Assembly (NCBI GenBank): GCA_910592345.1
Contig: CAJVPI010000282.1
Span: forward strand, 1-36,863
Length of the DNA: 36,863 nucleotides
From: Paraglomus brasilianum
Lineage: Eukaryota
Reading direction: 5' to 3'
This document shows positions 11,960 to 22,539 of the stretch, in pieces. Numbering within the stretch: the first letter of the stretch is position 1; each line of letters starts with the position of its first letter. The notes under the pieces are model-generated. The model did no database searches. It saw only the letters and a list, made by a program, of their open reading frames with translations, and was not told the origin of the DNA. The translations under genes and the position numbers were made by a program.

Positions 11960-14620
11960 GTACGTGTATAATCAGTTTCACGCGGTAAATGTTGTTTAGC
12001 TAACTTTTGCAAACGGTAATACTCTTCGATTACGCTTGGAAGCTATGTTAAGATTGTCCCCCGTTGAACAGCGACTGATAGATACGTAAGCTTGGCCTGC
12101 TGCATAGAAGTAAGATGTGTAAGTAGCGAGATACCCAGTGTATTATTTCATTTTGGACATAAAATGCTACTTGAACGGATAGTGTCTCCTTGTCAAAATC
12201 CGTAACAATTCCGATCGTTCCATTGCAGATACCCTTTTCTATCGAGGAATTATTTAAGAACATTACTCTCGCTCCCTGTTGTATACGTAATGAAGGAGAT
12301 AAGTTTGTTTTCAGTTTAAAGTCAGGCTGCGTTATTTCGGTCGGCTGTTGGACACCGTTGATGTAATCAAGTACGTCACAAATCATAAATTTATCATTCT
12401 CTGCAGACGATGCATTATTTATGATACGATTTAGTTGATCAGCCGTCTGCTTATAATATACGATATGTGTAGTAGTTATGAGAGAAAGTAATGAATGTTG
12501 GTTGCGGTTTATAAGAATTTGCCCTTTGTAGCAACGATTCCATGTTTCGTCAGAAATATTGCCGAATCTTATTTCTTCCAGCATTTGATAGACGTGAGTA
12601 TTTGCTTGATGACGTTGTGGTTGGTTAAGGAAGAATGGATAAAATAAATGCCAAACAGATGAATGAAAGACATATTCGTCACGTACAGGAGGTAATTGTG
12701 CTAGATCTCCTACAACTATAACATTTATGTCTCCAAATGCTTGAGGATCGATGCAAATAAGTTTGAAATAAATGTAAATAGTCAAGCTGAGACCATTGAG
12801 ATTTCATCAATAATAAGTATTTGAGTTTTTGTTAATTGATTGTTGTCATGAAATGCCAGAGTTTGGTATCCAGCTTCTGTGTAAAGCTGAATGTATAGTT
12901 GAACCACTTACATTTAGAACTGTGACACCTGTGGGTGCTAAAAGAAGGTAATTTTTTTTGTTTTTTTTTTGTTTTGCATTAAATAGTTGGCTATGATGCT
13001 GGCAATGTATGATTTGCCTATTCTTGCAGAACCCGTTATAAAAAATAAGGATATTTCTTTTTCGATATTTGAATGATAGTATTAACGACTCGGTATTGGT
13101 CTTCAGGTAAATCAAGCATGACAGTCTTTGGTAGCATAGGTGGTAAGCAAATTAGAGATTTAATCTGGGAGTGCAGTATTTCGGTAACGTTGGCTCTTAA
13201 TGAAGCTGAGTTCATTGAGTAAATTTGTTATAAAGCTGTGAAATTGATTTTGGATTTGAGCTTTATAGCTGGAACTTGATATTTCGATAGCTGATTCTAT
13301 ATTAGGATTTAAATGTAGATAATGTTCACGGTTAGTTGGAAATTTACCGAGTATTTCTTCTTATCGACAAGGCAATGTGCAAAGCAATTGTTAATAGAAA
13401 AACGGCTCCCCATCATCAACCTTTAAGTGTCAAAATCTAACAACAATTGGAGAAGAACGTCTAATGGCAAAATTATTAAGTTGGTCTTTATAAATCTGGA
13501 TTTGTTGAGTTGGTGGATTTGGTAAAGATACTGTAATTTATGAAGTAATCCAGATAAGTGATTTGTTGAAAAAGCGGATCTAATGGATGAGCGAAATATT
13601 TGTCTATGTTGTCATCCCAAAGGATTATTGTCATCGTCATCTATCAAACAAATAGGTCGGATCTTGTATTAAGCATCTCTGTAGTTAGATACTTTACTAC
13701 AATAGACGAATTGCATATTCTTTCCCCTAGTAGCAAGAATATACATTCCATTGAACCTAGACGTCTGGCTACTACATGTTCTTGATATTTATTACCATCT
13801 GTTACATTAAAAATATGAGTTGGTCTGGTTTTACTACATACTTTGTGATATATTTTCCCAACCGCGAGAAGTGACATATTGAGCATTCATGTGAGCATCA
13901 CAATCAGTAAAGTTCGGGATGATATGGGACTACGTGTACCCACTGATCAGATGCAACGATATACGTAACGTATTTGTAATACGTCGCTGAAGAGTAAGGT
14001 CTTGGAAAACCGCGCTTGCATTGTTGTCCTAGTGGAGCTGGTCCACAACATCGCTGAGGGCTACATGTATGAATTTGATGCCTAACTACTTTCATACAGC
14101 TCTGGTTTATTTTGTTTGTCAGGCAAGTCTGATCGAATAATATGTTCATCTGTCATACTATCAATCGATTTGGTAACCAAAAGGCATGAATGAACGTGCG
14201 CAGCGCCTCGATTTTGAGAGATTAATTAACAAAATATAAAGTGGTGTGTAAGGGCCGATTAGTAGTAGAGTACCTCCATTGTCAGTGGATTTTAAAATTT
14301 CTTTGAGATGAGTCCATTTACCTTCCGCGTAAGAATAATGATGGTAGACTATAATGTTCAATCATAGCATTTATATGTAACAGCTTTTCATGAAAGTACG
14401 AATCGCTAGTTCGAATGAATATGTTGGGTAATGTAACTGTTTTACTTTCATCAATAATCCAGTTTCCGGTGCAAATGCTTTGTGTGATCAATTCAGCTGT
14501 AGTCGGGGGGGGCTTGTATATAATGTACGTTGCGAATTTGATAGTTTCTCTAATTTCTCTAACTGTAAGTATGACCAAAGTGGCAAATACGGATGTAAAC
14601 GAAAATCTGGTGCTTCGGGA
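11960..14620 (-). mobile_element. Degenerate Helitron RepHel (HUH Rep plus PIF1-family helicase), with many frameshifts and stops, 5'-truncated
   Basis: The motifs occur in order on the minus strand. DFRLHPYLPLWSYLQLEK (~14550-14610) precedes Rep motif 1 region HYSLPSLFL (~14330), HUH motif QNRGAAHVH (~14190-14216), HQIHTC..C..CKRGFPRP and VVPYHPEL. Rep motif 3 GKYITKYVVK is at ~13830-13860. Helicase motifs follow: LLAPTGV..NVSGSTIHSAL, IIDEISMVS, FGDINVIVVGDLAQLPPV, GARVMFLNN...GICNGTIG and GQAYVSISR (~12070-12097). Confidence 0.92.
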
Positions 14621-14691
14621 CAATCCGCAAAATAGAAATGATCGTCGTCAACATTCAATTGCCGATACGATCTGAGATTTATTACTACAAG

Positions 14692-17316
14692 ATGTCCGGT
14701 AATTACCAGCTCGATTCAATACTATTTAGCAAAGTTACATGGATTCCACATTCGGAAATTACCGAGATAACGTCAAGTCGAACCGACGCCGACTTAACTA
14801 TTCAATACGCCATACGCAGACAGACATTGTATAATGTGCCAATCATTGATGATACGATAATGTTGTTATTACTTGGAAACACCGAAAAATGTAGCCCGGA
14901 ACTTGTGAGTGAGTTTGCTAGAATATACTCACTTCCAGCACACGAGTACAATAATAAGGCTAGTTTATATAAAAGATATCCCAGATGGCTTAAGGAGCGC
15001 AACAAATTCATAAAAGGATTCACCAAGTATGATAACAGCTATTACATGGTTGCTGATAAACGCTTTTATCATTGCTATTCTCGGTATGGGTTTTGCTCTG
15101 CATGTGGAATACTCAGGTGTAGTCCTGTGTGGTGCATTTGTGGATATAAACAAATATCCGATGGATGGACTAGCAACAATAAGCAACTCGATGTGTTTAT
15201 TAAGAAATCACAAATCCAAACAGAATCAGCCAACGAATCGTATTTGGAATGGATTCCATTTGATTGTATTCAGATTGAAGAATATGGCACATACTTAAAA
15301 GGTCTGCCTACTAACGGTGTGAAATTAATTCCACTTGAGATAACGGATAAGAAAGATGATTTATATTATAGTAAGGTAAATATTTGATCATTTTCAGCAA
15401 CATCGATAACTATTGATTTAATGAATGTCTGGTTCTCAATCAGTTATGCGATAAGTATCCAGATATGCTTACCACTGATATTTGGATCAATATTGGGTTT
15501 ACATACAATGCTAGTGACCAAAAGTATTATCTAATTGAAGTTGAATACGAAATTGGATTATGCATGGCGTGTACAGAACCATATGAACCGATGATAAATG
15601 GATTTTGTTATTGGTGTAAAGCGCCAAGGCCTCTTGATTGGACGACTAGCAACGAGTCTTTGAATTCATTTATTATGGAATCATGGAGTAACATGACAGA
15701 AATATATGACACCTATATACAATGGATAGCGTATACTCGACTGGCAAACATACAAGAGATGACATCATTACGGCATGGATGCACTCATATAGCGGATTGG
15801 TTAGAATCGACAACAAATGAATGGAGAAAAGTAACACTCAAAAAGATAGTTGACAGGCAGGATGCCCAATCATTTGATTTTTACCAGGTAAATTATTTAT
15901 TAATTCAGGTATGTATTGCATGTTCAAGTCGATTGACAGCACTGTTCCTTTGATTAAAAATTTTTTAGCTGATTGAAGATTACCCGGATATACTAAATCC
16001 GTCTAATATTTGGATAATTGGAATAACTCGAAAACCATCTACCCATGCATATTATTTAGTGTTTTACCATGAAATACATGCAATATTAGACAGATTTATA
16101 CGAACAAATGACGATGTAAGATCTATGCAGTATACCGATTTTGATGAAATTGAAATAATTGGAACTGGCGGTTATGGAACCATTTATAGTGCAAAATATA
16201 AAAAATATTCAACGGAAGAGTATATGCCAGAAATTGTTGCACTCAAACGCTTTAAGAGTTTTGATCAGGCGCCGGAGTTATTTATATCCGAGGCAAGTGA
16301 TTTTGTATACCTAATTAATATTAAAGCGATACTTAATTTGACTTCTTCATTCTCATTTAACAGTTCATAAATAATACCAAATGCTTATCTTCATATATTA
16401 CATTTCTTGATATATATGGAGTAACTCAGGATCCAGAAACAAAGGAGTACGTGATCGTGTTACAATATGCTAATGATGGTAGTCTTTTGTCTTACTTGAA
16501 TCAACATATTAACAAATTGACTTGGGAGATGAAACTAAAGTGTTTGAAGAAAATTGCTGACCGTCTACATAACATCCATGAAGCAGGATTGGTCCATTGT
16601 GATCTTCATGGAAGTAACGTAGTATTGGATAGTGATAGTAACATGTCTGCTACAAAAAAAGATTTTCGTTTAAGTAAACCATTTATCTGCGATCTTGGTC
16701 TTTCTCGATCGGAGCAATCTAAATCAGATTCAACAATTCAAGGCGTTTTGCCCTTTATTGCACCAGAAGTCTTCCATACTCGCAAATTCACTCAGAAATC
16801 AGATATTTATGCGTTTGGTATTATCGCATATTTGATTGCCAGTGGTGAACCACCGTTTAGAAACAGATCGTTTGACAGAAACTTATTATGCGATATTTTG
16901 GGCGGACTACGACCACCAATGCCGGATGTAGCGCCAGAGGAATATAAAAAACTTGCAGAGATTTGTTGTGATGCCGATCCTGACAAGCGTCCAGATACGG
17001 ACAACCTCTACAGATTGATTTCTGAAGCACTGGATAATATTGACGATGACAACAGCGTATGGGACACCATATATCATAATGAAGTAAAGCCCCTATCGCG
17101 TCTTGAGAAGGAAAGTAAATATTCCAGTAAGCTTCTGCCTACTGGAAATTTGCCCAAACCAAGAAACAGTTATGATTTTAATTCAGTCGAAGGTATGAAG
17201 ACAAAAATATATTATAATTAGTAAGTTACAATCAACGTACATCAATATTAATAGAGATTAACGTTGTTAATTTCTTATTACATTTTGCAGAGACTCAAAA
17301 TCTAGGAACTGCGTAG
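14692..17316 (+). CDS. Tyrosine-kinase-like (TKL) protein kinase, ~768 aa, 5 exons, with Cys-rich and degenerate N-lobe repeats at the N-terminus
   Basis: Exons 14692-15375, 15444-15887, 15969-16292, 16364-17192 and 17291-17316 splice in frame (2307 nt); intron 3 is GC-AG. Kinase motifs are GTGGYGTIY, VALK, HCDLHGSN, DLG, GVLPFIAPE and KSDIYAFG. The WTSNNKQLDVFIKKSQ...LEWIPF segment is typical of the expanded Glomeromycota TKL kinases. An in-frame upstream ATG at 14638 is an alternative start. Confidence 0.92.
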
Positions 17317-17711
17317 TGTTAATGACTCAAATTTTAGTAAATTTTTGTGATGCACGAACCTTAACCTGATTGAATAGCCTGATATGTCAATAATATATTT
17401 TCATTCGTCGTTTTCAATGTTCGCGCTAACCTTTTCTGGTAAGTATAAAATTTTCACCCTAAACTGCTTGCAGGGTATTATACTTTAATCAGTCCCCCTC
17501 AAAATTGTGCGGATAATTTGGACATATTAATATACCAAATTGTGAAACTAACAAAAGCATTGTCCATAGCATGCAAAAACAAGCAAAAAAATTAAAGCGA
17601 AATTGTATTAATGGCTGCCCGTCGATTGGTTTTACATTTTTCGAACTTCGGTAGTTGGTTTAGATAAAAATAAATCTGGTGGACAATTTAGGCGTTTTGA
17701 TAAGCATTAAC

Positions 17712-17826
17712 AGATTGGTGTCGAAATAGTTGTTGGGGAATAATTGTCGGGGAAATAAACTGTCGGGAAAATAAATTGTCGGGAACTGATCGGGAAAGTG
17801 ATTTTCGGGGGAAATGAACGGCTCGC
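17712..17826. repeat. Short ~15-16-bp tandem array (AATAAATTGTCGGGA-like), probably the solo terminus of a Mutator-like element
   Basis: The sequence reads ...GGAATAATTGTCGGGGAAATAAACTGTCGGGAAAATAAATTGTCGGGAACTGATCGGGAAAGTGATTTTCGGGGGAAATGAACGGCTCG. The periodic TCGGG units end in a GC-rich cap. I saw no partner end. Confidence 0.55.
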
Positions 17827-18289
17827 GTGCTGGATATCACCTCGATTGGTAAAGAAATTACGAAGAAGCATATGCCCAGTTTCTTTGTGCCCCGTGTTGT
17901 TATTGTGGCCGATTACTTTATCAACTTAAAACTGTGTGGGTTTGCAGAAATTCAATTTACTCTTTTCAACAGCTAAGCAATTATCTGTTCCCCATTCTCA
18001 TCACAATCTGATAGTTGATCTGTATAAAAAATCTTAACATATTTAGCTATACATATACAGTACTGTATCAACTGTTCACGATGCCTCAGCGTACAACTTG
18101 TACGCGCACACCGCTGATTGACCAGAGACTTTTGTAACACACTGTATATGATTCTTGTACCATCTGGTTTGTACATAGTGTTCGATAAGTGGAAATTAAT
18201 AGTTTATGCGACAAAATTAAAAGTCATACAGCCCAGCCAGATTAAGTTATAACCATATTTTACTAACTTTTACTTTGTTTACTACTGAC

Positions 18290-19306
18290 GATCTGTTTAC
18301 CTTTTGTCTCAATAAACACGAATACAATCCACCAAATTGCACAAGCCCAATCCATTCAACATTTATGGAATCAGGAAATTAAAGATGTTGCTGAAATTCA
18401 ACATCGAACAGGTATCCCGTGATCAACCATTATTATAATCTTGCAAAGTTGAAGAAAACTGGGACTACGGCCCACAAAAAGCGCTCTGGTCATCCCAAAA
18501 AGATTACACCAGAATGTTCGGTCAATGTGTTAGACGGGATTTGGCAATATCGTCAAGAATATTGGCCAAGAAACTGTTACTAAATGTCTCTTATGTAACA
18601 GTTTTGCGGCATTTAGCTCATCTTGGGTATGACAAAAAACGTCCACTAGCGACGCCTATGCTCACAGCAACTCACAAAGAAAAACGAATATAATGGGCCC
18701 AGAAACATATCAATGATACTATTTTGGTTGTTTCGGAACACAATAGAGTACTGGTATAAAGATATTCGGCCGGTTCGTCCCATTCCTAAAGACCGAACCA
18801 GAATTGATGCCTGGGGCGGTTTTTGTATTAAAGAAAAACCAGTCTCTTTTGTTTTCGTGAAAACATGACTCAATTTTATGTTGTTATCATAAAAAACCAT
18901 CTTCCTGAAGCTAACAGATGCTCAATAAGAAGTGGTGACTCTAACAAGATAACGATCCGAAACATACGAGCAAAATAGCCAAAGAATTTCTTTAAAGGAA
19001 TGTTTCGACCGTTATGGACTGGCCCGTAACAGTCCTGATCTAAACCCTATCGAAAACCTATGGGCCATTGTTAAGGGAAGCGACAACCGAAAAATATCGC
19101 AGAATTAGAACAGTTTATGGTAGAGGAATGGGATAGTATTCCGTAATATATTATACTTAATTTAATTAAGTCAATAAAGGAACATTGTCCTTATTATTGA
19201 TAATAATGGGGAGCAAATTCCTTATTAATTTTTTTAAATAAAATCTTCTGGCATGCTATTACTATGGCTAAAAATAGACGTCCAAAGATTTTTGTAACAC
19301 ATATTG
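18290..19306 (+). mobile_element. Tc1/mariner (DD34E) transposase pseudogene with a degenerate right terminus
   Basis: The broken frames read IQHLWNQEIKDVAEIQHRTGIP..KRSGHPKKIT..TVLRHLAHLGY..PMLTATHKEKRI*WAQKH..AWGGFC..QDNDPKHTSKIAKEFL (18945)..MDWP/NSPDLNPIENLW (19031)..NNGEQIPY* (19228). The Asp at 18948 and Glu at 19052 are 104 nt apart, which is D34E with a 1-nt deletion. The FSDE block carrying the first Asp appears deleted. Confidence 0.92.
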
Positions 19307-20151
19307 TTCGTATAAATTTCCATTTGGTGATACACGATCTGTCCCATCTGCCAGATTCTATTCTCATAATGGTGCATGTTGTACCTCAGATCAACGAGAA
19401 TACTGAATATGAAGTTTACTGGCGGTATTAAGTGGTTCGAAAGTCCACATGCTCTATTCGTGATATAGTGTCACGTTCGAGAGCTGAGATTGACTTTATT
19501 TTGATTTTTGTCATAATAACGATGACTAGCAAACAAGTAACATAGCGATGTACCAGAACTGCTTCATTATTGCAAGAAATATAAAGTTGAACAATGGGGG
19601 GTACCTTTGGGGGTCAAGGGCCATTCCTTTGGCTACAGGGACGTCCTTCGGGCTACCCCTTTCACCATTTAAGGGGGTCCTGGTGGATGGGTACCCCATC
19701 CCGGCGCGATCGTTGCCGAAAGTCGTACCCTGCCCATGTGTTTAGTCAATATAATATATTCTAGTCAATGTCAAAAATATGTCACATGTGATTCATTTTC
19801 CAGAGTAAAATCATGCTATGTTGTACATAAGACAGCTAGGCACGGTATTTTTGTGTTAGTGTAATAGTAAAGAATGTTTGTCCAACATAATTTATAGATA
19901 ACGGAATAAAATTTTGAATTATGCTCACGTAATAAATAATGGCTGATCATTGGATAGATTAATATTAATATTGTTTTGTTTTATCGTTTAGTATTGATGC
20001 TCGAAGGTCAAATTATTGCAAGTAAACTGAAAGCATTTTCCTAAAGATAATCAAATTTTATAATTATCAACACACCTCGGATTGTGCTATTATTTTAGAC
20101 AAGCATTCGATTAAATACGATACATGTTCGTGATAGTAACGGATTCATAGT

Positions 20152-20184
20152 TACAGTCAAAACTAGATATAACGATACCTGTAT
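20152..20184 (+). mobile_element. Solo pogo/Tigger-like left terminus, same family as the one at 8387
   Basis: TACAGTCAAAACTAGATATAACGATACCTGTAT matches 8387-8419 at 31 of 33 positions. Confidence 0.7.
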
Positions 20185-21040
20185 GACTGTACATCATTCG
20201 AGCATATTGGTCCAGACTTGGTAATTGTCCCACCAGAAGTTACCTGAGTTGTAATTAGTATTCGATTGTCTGTATGCTGCGATTTACATAGTATTTATTA
20301 AGAGAACATAAATGTAAGGTGCCATGCCATATCCAGTTACCTTCGGAATTATCAACCGAATACAAAATTGACCGATTAAACGCTTATATTACTTATTTAC
20401 ATCACTGTTTGCTTTTCCATACACATTCTTCTCTTACGACAGCTGTAAGTTAATTTTGCCAATCGATATCTTCATTTAATCGAACACTCTAGTTTGTAGG
20501 CGTTGTAACTAGATTACTTACATATCTGGTTTCACACATCTCCTTCTATCAGATGTTATACTTGCAGGTTTCCAGTCTGATAATAAGAAATGCAACAAAA
20601 CGTGCACTAAAAACTTTCAGAGCAGAAGGCCATCAAAAATGGATTTGGTTTGCGATCGCTTCATCGGAACGTTTGGACTGTATTGGTATGTTTTGATGGC
20701 ATATGTAACGGTTTAAATAATGTCGTATGTACTACAACGTCTTAATAAACTTTAGCAACAGTTGAAATAGCCATCTGAGCGTCCAATAATATTTGAGCTC
20801 CTGAGAACAACCTGGCAGGTAAATTCCCGATCTCCTCCATAAATAGAAATATTATGACATGTAGATTACCGCACGATCATAATGCGATCACAATGACCAT
20901 GCGAGATCGATCGGGCCACATGCAAACAGCAATAACGTATGGTCACGATAACCATGTATCTAGCGTTAATATTCAATCGACTCTATTCCTTTCTTCAACT
21001 TTGGATAATTACAAAATTTTATTTAGGAAACTAGTTTTCT

Positions 21041-21047
21041 TATAAAA
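21041..21047 (+). promoter_or_regulatory. Candidate TATA box for the secreted-protein gene at 21350
   Basis: TATAAAA lies ~310 bp upstream of the ATG and is followed by a pyrimidine-rich leader. The motif is common in AT-rich DNA, so this is weak. Confidence 0.3.
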
Positions 21048-21111
21048 ACGACAGCATTAAAGTATGCTGGACTGTGTCTTCCCTAGAAAGTCTTTTCTTT
21101 TTGCTTTTTCA

Positions 21112-21291
21112 AAATTCTCTACTTCAAAATCTACTTGTTGACGCATTAAATTCTCTACTCCAAAATCTCTCTACTTCAAAATCTACTATTTGTCGACGCA
21201 TTAAATTCTCTACTCCAAAATCTACTATTTGTTGACACATAAAATTCCCTACTTCAAAATCTACTATTTGTCGACGCATTAAATTCTCTAA
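21112..21291 (+). repeat. Minisatellite, ~4-5 units of ~36-50 bp (AAATTCTCTACT(T/C)CAAAATCTACTATTTGTCGACGCATT)
   Basis: The repeated units are directly visible in the putative 5' leader of the gene at 21350. Confidence 0.9.
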
Positions 21292-21349
21292 TTTTTCACT
21301 GCACTCAACCGAAAAACTTACCAGTTATTGATTAACAACTAAAAAAACT

Positions 21350-21720
21350 ATGACGTGCCCAATTTTTTTCCTACTTTTTGCGTTTGCTCAAATTTCAGTA
21401 ATCAATGCTATTCCGCTTGGAACTTTCTTCAGTCCATGTACAGACTTTTCTCTCAATGCAACGATGTCATCTGACGAACTCTTTAACATTCCCGGAACCG
21501 CGCCAATCGAATCTTGCTGGAACTCTACTATGGAAATCGGTTTTTACGACCCAGACGTTCAGCGACGATTTTCGTAACACTTTCTAAATTGAAATGCCCA
21601 GCCAAAAAGATACTTTCTGTACAAAATTGAGCCGAAACATTTGCCTGAAACTTATATAAAAGTTTTGGGCCCAAAAAGAACAGTTTATGTGCGCTTCGAC
21701 ACTATTCTGAGCTATTTCAC
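21350..21720 (+). pseudogene. Decayed small secreted protein, ML (MD-2-related lipid recognition) domain-like
   Basis: A signal peptide (MTCPIFFLLFAFAQISVINA|IP) is followed by FSPC..LNATMSSD..FNIPGT..MEIGFYDP. After the stop at 21577, other frames continue with LKCPAK and HLPETYIKVLGP. This fits the Cys spacing I recall for Glomeromycota ML-like secreted proteins, but with deletions and frameshifts. Confidence 0.55.
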
Positions 21721-22539
21721 ATTTTAATTATTTCTTCTAATACTGTCTGTTATTTTGTTTTGTCCTACGATTCTTTTTTTTCCCCATGTATACTGCACAT
21801 TTGATAATATTTACTTAAACGCTCAATAAGGGATTTTGAGCCCAAATCGGGGTGTATTCTAGAAATAATATACAATAGAGAAGAAACATTCTTATCACAA
21901 TTTTTGTTGCGACACCTAATTTTAATACCGTACGCATTAATATAATATATAATAGAACGTGTGTGTAGACTTTTTTAATTATTTTCAATGATGTGTGCTT
22001 ATTTGACAATATTGACAATTAGTAATATATTGAACTTTGTTCCTTGCTAAAATAAAGACATGATTTTGAAAAAAAAAATTTGGTGAAGCACTAAGTTTAT
22101 TGCAGCATCTTAAAATGCTCAATACTGGCGTTTGGAGAACGAATTTAGTCACAGTATTACTACGTGGTGTGGAAAGATACTTGCATCAATTGGTAATTCA
22201 TGTTGTAGAGAGTATTTGGTAACTGTTTGGAATAATAATAATTGTTATTTGCAACTAACCTATCGTTTTACTATATATTGATCCTGTAATAAATTCAAAT
22301 TCCCACACTTCTATCAGACAGCAATCTGTCCGGTGTATTCTACGATTACTTCCTTGGTTTATGGTGCTCATGATATTTTCTACGCTATGTTTTGCATTTT
22401 CGATATTGTAATTTATATAATGCCTTGCATGTGCTGGCTGCGTTTATTCATAAAATACAAGGGAATATACTATATACTATAATTATAATAAAGCCATTAT
22501 TAGTTGTTCACCAAAATTATAACAATGTACTGTTAAATT

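Noticed and set aside
12048..12785. Cellular PIF1 helicase gene
   Set aside because: It is frameshifted and collinear with HUH Rep motifs, so it is a Helitron relic rather than the host PIF1.
21112..21291. Possible CRISPR array
   Set aside because: The units are contiguous tandem copies without unique spacers.
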